From Octopus sinensis (Eukaryota), in contig NC_042999.1 of the NCBI RefSeq assembly GCF_006345805.1, positions 10,106,001 to 10,170,000 on the forward strand: a stretch of 64,000 bases of DNA. The letters are read 5' to 3'. The translations under genes were made by a program, and so were the position numbers. Position 1 is the first letter of the stretch. Each line of letters begins with the position of its first letter. Shown one piece after another: positions 51,607-63,787 of the stretch. The notes under the pieces were generated by a model that made no database searches, was not told where the DNA came from, and worked only from the letters and a program-made list of their open reading frames with translations.

Positions 51607-52040
51607 CAGAGAGTGAAAGTGTAGTGCATGGCATCAAAGTGACACTTGGTACAAATACATGAAGCCCAATATACCCCTCAAGGCTACCCATCTGATAAGG
51701 GTACACCAGGTACATACATCACAACTACGTGTGCAACATGGTGATCTCGTATCAAGATAAACAGCGCATGACCTTACAGGTGGGACCCAGTTAGAATTTT
51801 TTCAGGTCAAATGTTTCCAGAGGTGAATTATCCAAACCCCAAAGAATTCCTCTCAACACATGGCTATGATGTCAGCCACTAAGAGACATGATCAGCTGGT
51901 GAAGGTCAAACAACTGACAAGCAAATCTGTGGTATTGAGCAGAATATTTGCTGTAGGCCATCTTCTACACCAAGACAAAACATGTACATGATAACACTTC
52001 CAATCAGTGAAGATCAGAAGCCATGAGAGCCACTGCTTGG
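51607..52040. mobile_element. Non-tRNA interspersed repeat, family F (copy 1)
   Basis: Homologous to 53625-54095 and 55655-55925. Flanked by (ATT)/(ATC) tracts. Confidence 0.75.
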
Positions 52041-52428
52041 TATTATTATCGGTATTATTATCATTATTATTATTATTAAGGCGGTGAGCTGACAGAACTG
52101 TTAGCACGCCGGGAAAAATGCTTAGCGGTATATAACACTGGCGTCGATGTAATCGACTGATCTCCTCCCCCACAAAACTGCTGCTCTTGTGGAAAAATTT
52201 GAAACGATTATCATTATCATTATTATCATTATTATTAAGGCGGCGAGCTGACAGAATACTTAGCGGCAATTCGTCCGTCTTTATTTCTAAGTTCAAATTC
52301 CGCCAAGGTCGACTTTACCTCTCATCCTTTCGGAGTCAATAAATTAAGGGCCGGTTGAACGCTGGGGTCGATATAATCGACTTAACCCCTTCCCCAGAAT
52401 TTCAGGCCTTGTGCCTATAGTGGAAAGG

Positions 52429-52493
<65 letters not shown>

Positions 52494-52597
52494 GACAACG
52501 CATGGCCTAGTGGTTTGAGTGTTGAACTTACAATCACGAGATCGTGAGCTACTCACCCACTTCTGCCAGTCGGGCAATGCGGTCGGCGGAAGTTGCA

Positions 52598-52656
52598 CTA
52601 TGGCTCTCTATAGAGGGTTAGTGGTGGGTATGTGCGACGACGTACTCGGGGAGACT
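52598..52656 (-). CDS. Predicted exon 3 (coding part) of an unknown 136-aa protein; exon extends to a donor at 52557
   Basis: Acceptor CTCATTCTTATCGATACCCAG|. In phase 1 it reads (E)SPRVRRRTYPPLTLYREP*. Perfect donor GG|GTGAGT 41 nt after the stop. Confidence 0.5.
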
Positions 52657-52748
52657 CTGGGTATCGATAAGAATGAGTTGATGGGTTTATTCCAGAGATG
52701 GAAAGTGATGGAAAAAGATTTGAAAGTGCCAACCAATTATTATTATTA

Positions 52749-52786
<38 letters not shown>

Positions 52787-52840
52787 GTAAAATGGTTGCA
52801 AGGTGTTTATGATGAAGGACTTCAATAAAGTGAATCTCAC

Positions 52841-53098
52841 CTTTTGCATCTGAATCTTCTTCGTCGTTTGCAAAAGCCCAATCCCCTACAAATTTTGGCC
52901 ACGTGTGTCTACTTCGTAGCTTGTTGCCCTCGTACAATTTGCTCAGCGGCGAGGGTTGCTGGTTTTTGACTTCTTCTTCTTCTTTCTCTTCTTCAACTAT
53001 TTTCTCCTCGATCGTTGGAAACAAAGAAGGGTAAGAGACAATCCGACGATTTGGCGACGAAGATTTCCTCCGTTTCGGGCTTCGCGAACCGCTTTTTC
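52841..53098 (-). CDS. Predicted internal exon (258 nt, phase 1-1) of an unknown protein
   Basis: Strong acceptor TTTTCATTCTCTTCGTTTCTTTCTGTAG| and donor AAG|GTGAGA, length divisible by 3, open frame KSGSRSPKRRK...DWAFANDEEDSDAK, non-repetitive and CpG-rich. Confidence 0.7.
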
Positions 53099-53148
53099 CT
53101 ACAGAAAGAAACGAAGAGAATGAAAAGTTAAAAATCATTTTCAAATAA

Positions 53149-53187
<39 letters not shown>

Positions 53188-53189
53188 CA

Positions 53190-53625
53190 TTATATGTTTG
53201 ACTTCTGCTTTGTGTTTCTACAAGTTGACTCCAAGTCTCACCCAGAGACCTCAAGACGCAACAAGTTTGAAGTTCATGTTGGTGTTATGACTAGGGTGTC
53301 ATATATTTAGTTTTGCACTTAGTATTGTTCAAGAGAATGTTTAATAAAACAAGAAAATTATTAGTTTGTTTTAAAATTTGAGATTACACAGACAGTATTT
53401 TACATAGGATATGGGCAGTTCCCATGAGCACTATTTTTTCTGCCATTTTGGGGTTTCCTGGTATCTGAGCTAGGTAAGAATTAGACCCCTTTTGCTATCA
53501 TCCCCAGGGCACCTATGACAACGGGTATTGTTTTAGTCTTGAGGTTCGGCATTTTGCCAATTTCTATTTCAAGATCTTTATACTTGCTCAGTTTTTGGTA
53601 GGTCTTGACAGATACATTATTATCG
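53190..53625 (-). mobile_element. R4/Dong-clade LINE 3' end (REL C-terminus plus 3' UTR)
   Basis: VKTYQKLSKYKDLEIEIGKM..TIPVVIGALGMI. The 3' end abuts a (TAA)n tract. Confidence 0.85.
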
Positions 53626-54095
53626 AGTGAGGGAATAGTGCATGCCATCAAAGTGACACTGGGGTAAAATATACGAAGCCCAGTATACCCATCATGACTA
53701 CCCATCTGATAAGAGTACACTAGGCACATGCATCACAACCATATGTGCATGACATGGTGATCTCATATCAAGATAAAGAGTGCATGACCTTGCAGGTGGG
53801 GCCCAGTTAGAATTTTCTTCTGGTCGAGTAACCCATCCCGCTCAAATGGTTCTTGAATAAGGATTGTTTAAGGATGTTGAACGAAACACCCATGTTTCAG
53901 AGATGCACATATCGTCAGCCACTAATGGACATGCTCAACTGGTTATGGTCAAATAACTGACAATCAAATCTGTGATATTGAGCAGAATATTTGCTGTAGC
54001 CCATCTTTTATACCAAAACAAAACAATGTACAACATAACACTTCCAATCAGTTACGATCAGGCTCCACGATAGCCACTGCCTGGTACTGCATCAG
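53625..54095. mobile_element. Family F repeat (copy 2), abutting the Dong fragment at an AAT run
   Basis: Homology to the other family F copies. Confidence 0.75.
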
Positions 54096-55016
54096 GGCAT
54101 GGTACATTATTATTATTATTATTATTATCATTACTGTTGTTGTTGTTGTATCACCAAGGCACCCTCTTAAGATCATTTGTAGTTTTGTTTAGCTCTGCTT
54201 CAAAAGTGTGACAGTTGAAAACAATTGTACAGTGTTATTGTTAAACCAAACCAGAATCCCGAGGAATCGGTCAGTTTCGCTTTGTTTTGGTAATCTGATG
54301 AGGAATTTGCTTCTTCTGTTTATTTTTCCCTTTTAGATAAAAAGAAGAGAAAGACATGGTGTCGCAAATGGAGGGTAAGGATGGCTGTTGGAACAGCGCC
54401 AGAAAGTATTTCCCGGTGATATCTCTCGCCATCGCTGTTCTGAACTCATTTAATTGTCACAGCAACAACAACAACAACAACTACATGTCACACAGAGAAA
54501 ACAACATGTGGCAAACACCGCTGCCACAGCAACACGTGACAATAACAGTAACAACAAAAACAACATCGGTAACAAAAAAACGAACGATTGGATGGTGATG
54601 GTGATGTCATTATTATCCTTTCGAGATCGATCAATTAAATCCCAGATGAGCACAGGGGGCGATGTAGTCGACTTACACCCTCTCCTAAAGCTGCTGGCCT
54701 TGTGCCAAAATTTGAAACCATTATTATTGTTGTTGTTGTTATAGAAACAAAGATCAGGTTTGGTTTTATTCGTGGTAGGATTTATGTGGGTAACGGGTTA
54801 CTACCCGTAACTTTAGGTATCCACAAGTTTAAGCTTAAAACCCTCCTGATAATCCTTGCTGTCCCTAAGAGACAAACCTTCTGTAGGAGCTCTACCGGGC
54901 ATTCTATTCCAATCTCCTTCAGCCGTTTCTATATATCTTTCGCTTACTCTTCCCAACACACCATTTACTATTCGCACGCTGCAAATCCTTCCATTATAAT
55001 TATTATTATTATTATT

Positions 55017-55230
55017 AAGGCGTCAAGCTGGCAGAGTCGCTAACCCGTTGGGGTAAATGCTTAGCGGCATATCGTCCGTCTGCACATTCTGAGTTCAAAT
55101 TCTGCCGAGGTCGATTTTGCCTTTCATCCCTTCAGGGTCAATAAATTAAGTACCAGTAAAACACTGGGGTCGATGTAATCGACTAATACCTTCTCCCAAA
55201 ATTTGAGGCCTTGTGCTTCCAGTAGAACGG
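55017..55230 (+). mobile_element. SINE family B
   Basis: Homology to family B; ends in (ATT)n. Confidence 0.8.
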
Positions 55231-55654
55231 ATTATTATTATTATTATTTATTGTCTTTGCATAGCTTCTAAGGATGGAGATGTACTGCGGTACCAGCTGT
55301 TCACTACCAATGAACTAAGCTAACACCCCATATTTTTCGAGCACCACCCGGAGTATTCGAGCAGTTCCAAGCAGTGCTGTTTTCTGAAAGTGCTCCACCC
55401 TTATTACAGCCCCTATTTGTTCCATGTACTTCTCAAGATTTTTACTCACTGTTCCCAGCGCTCCTTTTTCAGCGACCACAACTGCTTAACCTCCCAGCTA
55501 ACCTGTCATATCTATCGATTTTTCTTTCTTCTTTCTCGCATACCTTCTTGTCATCGGGGCATCTATGATCCAGCATCCTTTACTTACTTTCTCAATTAAC
55601 ACTATATTATTACTATTATGATTATTATTATTAATTTTTATATTATTGTTATTA

Positions 55655-55925
55655 TTGAGTGAGAGAGCAGTGCATACCGTCGAAGTGACAATGGGGTACA
55701 AATATACGAAGCCCAGTATACCCATCATGACTACCCGTCTGATAAAGGTACGCCAGGCACATACATCACAACCATATGTGCGTAACATGATCTTGTATCA
55801 AGATAAACAGCGCATGGCCTTACAGGTGGAGCCCAGTTACAATTTTCTTCGGGTTGAGTAGACCATCCCGCTCAAAAGGTCCCTGAATAAGGGTTACCTA
55901 AGGATGTTGAACGAAGCACCCACTA
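55655..55925. mobile_element. Family F repeat (copy 3, truncated)
   Basis: Homology to the other family F copies. Flanked by (ATT)n on both sides. Confidence 0.75.
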
Positions 55926-55959
55926 TCATCATCATTATTATTATTATTATTATTATTAC

Positions 55960-55995
<36 letters not shown>

Positions 55996-55997
55996 GC

Positions 55998-56390
55998 TAG
56001 GGCGACGAACTGGTAGAATCGGATGGCGGACAAAATGTTTAGCGGCTTTTTGTCCGTTCTGAGTTCAAATACCACCAAGATCGACTTTGCTTTTCATCCT
56101 TTCGGCGTCGATAAATTAAGTACCAGTGGAACACTGGGGTCGATGTAATCGTCTAGTCCCTTCCCACCAAATTTCAGGCCTTCTGCCTTAAAAAGGGACA
56201 AAATACTTAACGGTATTTCGTCCGTCTTTGAGCTCTGAGTTCAAATTCCACCGGGATCGATTTTGCCTTTCTTCCTTTCGGCGGGGGGAGGGGGTCGATA
56301 AAAGAAATACCAGTAGAACACTGGGGTCGATGTTACCGATTTACCACCTCCCTCGAAATTGCTGGCCTTGTGCTAAAATTTGAAATCAAT
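55998..56390 (+). mobile_element. Two tandem degenerate SINE family B copies
   Basis: Homology to family B. Confidence 0.7.
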
Positions 56391-56765
56391 AATGTATATG
56401 TATATATATGTGGGGGAGGGTCGGATTTTCTACAGCGTCGGATCTATCCTTAAGTTATGAGTCAAGGTGAATAGACGAAGACTGTACAGAAGATTGTACC
56501 AGTAATTCAACAGGGCCGGGCTTGTCACGCACCCTGTGTAGTGTTGGTTTTACCTGAGAGTTAACAGTAGACATGTCTGTGGCGTACTCAGCCAGCTACA
56601 TGTTAAGGGGCAGATAATTCAGTTCATCGAACTGTGAATGCTCATCATCGAGCGTCGAAGACCTACTAAACACACACATACGCACATACACATATACACA
56701 CACACACACACACACTTCTACACGCACAAGCACAAATACACACATATATATATATACACACACAA

Positions 56766-56810
<45 letters not shown>

Positions 56811-56847
56811 TACACACACATATATATAGACACACACATATATATAT

Positions 56848-56882
<35 letters not shown>

Positions 56883-56941
56883 CACGCACAAACACACGTA
56901 CACACACAGACACATACACACACACAGACATACACACTTAC

Positions 56942-57035
56942 TGATAACAGCATCCTGGATCTGGATGAGATGGCGAGAAAGCAAAAGTGTAAAAAGAAAG
57001 AAAGAAAGAAAGAGAGGAAGGAAGGTAAACTTCAT
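56942..57035 (-). CDS. Predicted first coding exon (signal peptide or signal anchor), or alternatively a 13/19-nt microexon
   Basis: ACG-ATG start (A at -3) then MKFTFLPLFLSFFLFTLLLSRHLIQIQDAVI and a perfect donor CA|GTAAGT in phase 1, matching the phase-1 start of 53098. The hydrophobic stretch could instead be a polypyrimidine tract before tandem CAG acceptors at 56961 and 56955. Confidence 0.5.
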
Positions 57036-57553
57036 CGTCCGGTCCCCACCGCAGGCAATCCAGACAATGAAGAAAGACCTTTATTAGAATTATATGTGAA
57101 TTATCCGGAGATCAAAGCATGTTCTTAATGAGAAAACGAATGAAGCCCCCGTGTTATTTTCTCATTCTGTTGTTGTTGCTGTTGTTGTTCTTATCTATAT
57201 CGGAGTGTTTGTTATTATTATTATCATCATCATCATCATCGTTGTTATTATTAATACAATGATATTTCTCGAGTTGCAACACAGAAATCACTTTGTGCAC
57301 GCATCTTTAGCTAACAACTTCTTAAAACGATCGAATTAAATTCGGAATGCTTAAGCAGACGATATTGAAATCGATAAACCTGATGCAGCCATTTTATATC
57401 GTTCGATCAAAGCAATCGTACTCTTAGTTTTGCGTGAATGCATACACACACACACACTCGTATACATATAATAAATACATATACACACATATATACTTTC
57501 ATATATACACACAGATACAGATACACAATACACACGTGTGTGTGTATGTATAA

Positions 57554-57639
<86 letters not shown>

Positions 57640-58249
57640 ATTTACGTATATATACATGTATACTTACACGTATACATACAAACATGTACATATACATGCA
57701 TGTATGTATACATACCTGTGCATGTATTATATATACATACAGAACTATTTATAAATACATACATACATATATATATACACACACAGATTTATAATATGTA
57801 TATGTATGTAGCTATCTGTCGATACATACATACATACATACATACATACATACATACATACATACATACATACATACATACAAAAATACTCCGTTGTTGA
57901 TGTTGAAATCCCAATGAAAGAGCCTTAGCTCTAGGTTAGAAACCGGTTCTTTCTCTATTGGTAAGAAGCCTTGAAATAAACTGAATAATGACATACATAC
58001 ATACTCAGTTGTTGAAATTCCATTGAAGGAGCCTTGAATCTAGGTTAGAAAGCGACTCGTTCTTTATTGGCATAAAATCTAAATAATGGCATCCATACAT
58101 ACTGAAATATTTGAAAGTACCTGTATACACACACATAAAGACAACTAGGCTCATTTCTATTCTTATCTAACTAACCCTGCATTCATGAACAAATTGCCGG
58201 CACTATATGCAGCTATGGCGTACGAATATACAATATTGCATTTGTGTGT

Positions 58250-58960
58250 GTGTGTGGGTGGTGCACATATACATGGGCCGGAGCCCTTGGATAACTTCCA
58301 GAAGTCCCTGGCCTGGCTGTGCTACCAGGGAGCTTGCTGGTCCGGGATAAATTTTACAGGCATGGAAGAGCCGTCATCCCGACTTGCTCGAGATGCGCGC
58401 AGAGCGACGAAACCGTTCTGCACGTTATCGTGCAGTGCCCGAGCATGGCTGAACACTTGTTGTCACGTGTAGGATGGATCTGGCTATCGGTTGAGTTCAT
58501 TGTGAAGATTGTCCGGCAGCCTTCCTTTGACCGGGAAGGACAGGCAGTGTTTCTTTGCCTAAAGGCCTTTGCGAATGGGGTTGTGACGTGGACCAGATCG
58601 AAAGGGCTGAAGATAGATACTTTCACCTTTCACCAAGCCCTCATCAACTTCTTCAAGTTTTACTTTAAAAGGAAGATTGGGTAAAGAGGGAAGCGCTGCC
58701 TCCCAGCAATTATATTGAAAGGTGGGGGAATGTTGCAAGAATGGTCTGAGTGAAGAGCCCTACTCTAAGCGTGCGCCTGCATGTTGAAGGAGGACGATGT
58801 GGAGAGGGTGGTGAGGTGATCGTGGTTTTGTAGGGGCTCCACGAGCAGCCCCAAGAAGTCTCCCTGTAGGTTGAAGGAGGAGGATGTGGAGAGGGTGGCG
58901 AGGTAATTGTCCATTTTGAAAATGAAATGAAATTCTGTGAGAAAAAAAATGAAAATAATT
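58250..58960 (+). mobile_element. Tx1/L1-clade LINE 3' fragment
   Basis: LLVRDKFYRHG..TCSRCAQSDETVLHVIVQCP (zf-RVT-type CCHC). The 3' region has a 38-bp duplicated segment at ~58782 and ~58870. Confidence 0.75.
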
Positions 58961-59049
58961 GAGTGGTAATCGTTCTCTCATTGACAATGTTTCTTTCAAA
59001 ACGTGTGGCATAACAGTTAAGACAATGTTTAGCACTTATGGCATGGATG

Positions 59050-62000
59050 GTAAGCCAGGGATCATTCTCAAATAATGTTCACCTCCTTTTTTTTATCATT
59101 CCTAGTGCTCCTACATTCACTGGTCGTGTAACCACCTTGAGATACCACATTTTTCAATTTCAATGAGCAAAGGTTTGTATTTTCTGAGTTTGTCAAATTC
59201 TTTTGCTGGTATATCATGACCACAAGGAATGCTCACGCCAATCAATAAACAAACTTTATTGTTTGGGTTCTACGCAACAATATCCGATTTATTAGCTTTG
59301 ATGGTTCGGTCTGAATGTTCAGAAAAGTCCCAAAGGATCATAACATCTTCTCCTTTACTTACAGCTTCAAGGCGATGAATATACCACTTGCCAACAGCTT
59401 TGATTTTATAATACCGACATATTTACCAGAGCAGATATTGGCCAACTCTGTCATTTTTTCATTTGTACTCCACTGGTGCTAAAACTTTACATCCAGAGAT
59501 TAGATGGTCCACTCTTTCAATCACATCATTGCAGAATCGGCATTTTGGGTCTACTCATCTTTTCATGACATTGGCTAGGTAATTCCGGGTCAATAAGCTT
59601 TGATCTTGAGTAGCTAAGGTTAAGCCTTCGCTCTCTACCTTTAGCCTTGAACTCCGTATCCTCTGATGGATGTGCTGCTGCTGCTGCTTGTTTGTTTGTT
59701 TGTTGAGCGAAGCGGTCTTCGTGGGAGAAGTCCGAAACGTGGTCTTTTGCTATTCGTAAGACCCGCAGAAGAGAAAGCAGGTCAACCCCCGACACCAAGA
59801 GCATCGTCGGATGGATGAATGTGCATCCAGGCTCAGCGGTTGCGTAGGAAGTCGGGGACAAGAAACAGGAAGAAAGAGTGAGAGAAAGTTGGAGCGAAAG
59901 AGTACAACAGGGGTCGCCATCACCCCCTGCCGGAGCCTCGTGGAGCTCTTAGGTGTTTTCGCTCAATAAACACACACAACGCCCGGTCTGAGAATCGAAA
60001 CCGCGAGTCCGCTGCCCTAACCACTGGGCTATTGCACCTCCACTTGCTGCTACTGCTGGTTTGCTACGAGCCACGTATTTGCCATGCAGAAGTTTTTCTT
60101 CCCAGCTTTCAGCCAATTCTTCATGCGATTTTTTCTTTGCCATTGAATTCATCTTCTTTGCAGCAACAGTTGTTGCACTTCCACCATGCTGTTCATCCTG
60201 GGTATAATGCATGAACTCAATAGCAAATCTTTGGCTATCCTTCAAGACAGAAGGAAGCTTCTCACACCTTTCGTGATTGTCAGCGAGCTTTAGCAGCCAG
60301 TTTCATGTAAGAATTTTCAAATTGGATCACACCTCGACCTCCTTTTGCTCTGGGAACGTAAAGATGATTTGTGTCTGTCTTTGGGCGGTGCATCTAATTG
60401 CAAGTCAGCAGCTTATGTATTTTCTTGTCAATTTTCTTTATTTCGCTAATATTCCAGTTCAGCACATTGAAACTATGAATAACAACTGGAAATGTTAAGG
60501 AATTTATGGCTAACACTTTGTTACATTCCTTCCTGATCTCTTTCATGCTTGTATGCTGAATGCCAGGGCCCTCATTTATTCGAAGTATTTTTAGGTTTGT
60601 TCCTGCTCGATTTCTTTGATAACTGTGTCAACATCTAACACAACATAATTTGAGGTCTTCAATATCCCTTTCTGGAAAGTGGCCTTGGCACATTTATCAA
60701 GACCAAATTCCATCCCGATGTCATCACTGAATGCTTTCACAGTACGTAATAGGCCTTCAAGTTTATTATTGTCTTTACCATAGAGTTTTAAGTCATCCAT
60801 ATAAAATAGATGACTTATTTTCTTGTCAATTTTATACCCATACCCTGTTCTGTTAAGATGACTTGTAAAGAGTATCAGAGCTACGCAAAAAACTATAGGT
60901 GAAAGTGAGTCTGCCAGGAAAATGCCACAATTGATGTTTGTTTGAAGCTAGTGATCCATTAGAATGACATAATTGGAGATTCGTGTTTCACAATGAAAGG
61001 AAGTTTGAAATTACAGGAAAAAGTTTGAAGATATCCAGCGGTTTCAAGACCCATGATTGCAGTATGCTGACAAAGGCCTTTTTGAAATCAATCTATACGG
61101 AATTGAGATTTCTGCGTTTGTTGTGAGAATTCTCAAAAATCATTCGATTAATTAGGAGTTGATCTTTACATTCATATGAGCCTCGAAGACACATTTCTTG
61201 TTCTTTGTGCAAAATATCGTTCTATTCCATAAATGCATGTTTTTGCCACAACGAAAGATGTTAAAATTTTATTAGTGGTGGATAAACAGGTTATAGGCCG
61301 ATAGTTCTTTTTTGTTGTTTTTTTAAACTTTGGTTCCATTATTCTCTGAGAGTAAGTAATACCTACTTGCTAAGCCAGTCAGGTGTTTTCTTCGGGTCTC
61401 TCATAATTTCATTGAATATCTGAACTCACTTTCCGTGTGCACACAGGAGCGATGAGAACCAGAAATTAGACACCCTATCTTTACCGGTGAGAATCATGCT
61501 TGTGTCTGCTGTTACGATGTCTTCCCATGCTTGTTCTGATAAATTTGGGTAGGATCTCTCTCTGCATCTAATCCAGTCTGCGTTTTTATTGTATGTCTTC
61601 CCTTCACTCCAAATATTTTTACAAAAGTTTTCAACTTCTTCCATTGGAAGGGGTCATCAACGGTTATTTTCTCTTTCCCTATTTCTCTGTGGAATGTTTT
61701 GGCATTGGATGTGATCAGCTTATTTTGCTCATAAAACTTGTTTCTCTCCTCAAATCTTCGAATTCTTTGAGCTTTTGCTTGGACTTTTTGTTTCATTGTT
61801 TCTTTTGTTGAAATCCATTCTCACGATGCTAATCCATATTTTCTCTTCATCATTCTTCCTTTTCTGGACGACCTTACATCATTTCCACAGATTAGTTAAT
61901 CTTAAATTGATCTTTCTTCATCACAGACTCTCAATGTTCTTCAGCAAATGTGCGGTCTTCAAATACTGTTGCCTTACCAATTTCCTAGCTATTTTTTATC

Positions 62001-62520
62001 AGATTTATTAGAATTTCTTATTTCTTCAGGCCTTTCGTGATTTGGTCAGACAGCAGTCTTTCAATTAAGACTCGTGACAAACTGCCCTCTTCATCTGATT
62101 CCTCATTCCCTTCCTGCCTTATATTCAGGTCATTTTCCGTTCATCGCGCTTATTTCACGATCTGTGAGTCTATTGTTTCTAAAGATATCCTGCCTAGCAT
62201 TTGCCAACTTGTTTTCAATCCATAAGGGCCTGCTGTTTTGTTCTCGTGTTCACCATATTTCGTAAGAGTTTGCGGTGTGTCCCTCTTAAGATGGCTGATG
62301 ATCTCCCTGTTATTATCTCCCTTTGTATACCCAGTGTGAATGCACGGTTCCGTTGCTTCTGTAGGATTTCTGTTTTCAATATACCCAACAACCCAAGTTG
62401 GTACATCTTCGAGCTGATGGATGCTGTTTTGATTCGTTCGCAGATGCTTGATCCTTTGAGAAGTCGAAGCAGTAACTTTTGTCGAGTTTCCTACATCTTT
62501 TGCGAAGTTGTTATATAATT
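59050..62520 (-). mobile_element. Long decayed R4/Dong-clade LINE (RT + CCHC + REL), interrupted by a SINE
   Basis: NYRPITCL, IDFKKAF, GIFLADSLSP, SHLFYMDDLKLY (60792-60803), GMEFGLDKCA, WEEKLLHGKY, TQDQSLLTRNY, KCRFCNDVIERVDHLISGC, ILWDF..ANKSDIV, KY..L..EIEKMW. Confidence 0.92.
59690..60042 (-). mobile_element. tRNA-derived SINE, family D, full length with (AAAC)n tail
   Basis: Head GTGGAGGTGCAATAGCCCAGTGGTTAGGGCAGCGGAC..GGTTTCGATTCT on minus. TSD-like TGCTGCT(G/A)CTGCT on both sides, inside the Dong ORF. Confidence 0.75.
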
Positions 62521-62634
62521 GCAGACAAACTGTTAAACTGTAAATTCCTGATGCGAGAACTCGAAGAAGGTAATGTTGGCACGTGGAGTAACTTCCTATT
62601 CTACTTTCCTTCTAGTATGCCAAAGCTTAGACAC

Positions 62635-62720
<86 letters not shown>

Positions 62721-63557
62721 TATATCATATGTTCTATTTGTCATGACATATCGTTCTTGTCGACGATCCAAAACCTATTTTGCGGAGGCGTTCGCAACAG
62801 TTCATATCACTCTTTCTCGTTCTCTCACTTTCTCTCATAATGTTTTTTTTTTGTTTTTTTTTTCAATTTTTCCAGTTTAGTAGGTAAAATCTGGTTGCTG
62901 GAAGGTCACATTTATAAGAAGCAATCAAACTCTCCAAGATGTCTGCTATGTCAGGCTCACTGCTTGATCTCTAATATCTCACAATACTCGAAATCCATTC
63001 GCGGAGAGTCAGCAATTTCTTGAGAGATCTACAAGAATTCTCAACAAATGATTTACGTTTTATGAATATTTCTGGAGAAATATACATTAAAAGACATAAG
63101 AATCGTCAGGTGAGAAACGTGTTCAGTGTCTAGAATTGGTTCCCTGTTTGGGGAAAGGTAGCGAATTGTGTCGGGGATTGTCCTTCCGTAACGAAAGGTA
63201 TGGGAGTTTGTGTTACGTCATTCTCCCAGTTATATACGACGTTTACGGTTTGTTGAAGTATAAAATATAATCTCGCTATTGTTTATCTTGATCTCGAATA
63301 TCATTTGAAAGCCAGCTGCGCAGCTGTTTGAGTGAGGCTCATTGTGTATTTGTTTAACAATACAAGGAATGACATGAAAGCAGTGAAGGCAGCTTGTGCT
63401 ACTTCCTTTATTATGACGAAGTTCTTGAATAAGATTCTGTTCGCCGCCACATGTTAACAATGGCTAGAGTTCAGTTCGTTTAGCATCTCTCAGCAGTTCA
63501 TCTGTTGTGCTGAGGTAAACTTTTTAGTGTAGCGGCATTGGATTACATTGGATTAAG

Positions 63558-63787
63558 GCGGCGAGCTGGCAGAAACGTTCGCGCTCCGGGCGAAATGCTT
63601 AGCGGTATTTCGTCTGTCGTTACGTTCTGAGTTCAAATCCCGCCGTGGTCATCTTTGCCTTTCATCCTTTCGGGGTCGATAAATTAAGGACCGGTTACGC
63701 ACTGGGGTCGATGTAATCGACTTAATCCGTTTGTCTGTCCTTGTTTGTCCTCTCTGTCTTTAGCCCCTTGTGGTTGGTAAAAAAATA
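63558..63787 (+). mobile_element. SINE family B, full length with TSD
   Basis: Complete head to tail. CATTGGATTA is present at both flanks. Confidence 0.9.

Noticed and set aside
54337-54375. Plus-strand 39-nt microexon candidate (TTTTAG|...|GTAAGG; DKKKRKDMVSQME)
   Set aside because: Good signals but no partner plus-strand exons found, and it is opposite to the better-supported minus-strand model. It could be chance in AT-rich DNA.
62950-63530. Possible Gypsy integrase remnant on the minus strand
   Set aside because: Only vague similarity; no convincing HHCC or DDE motif.
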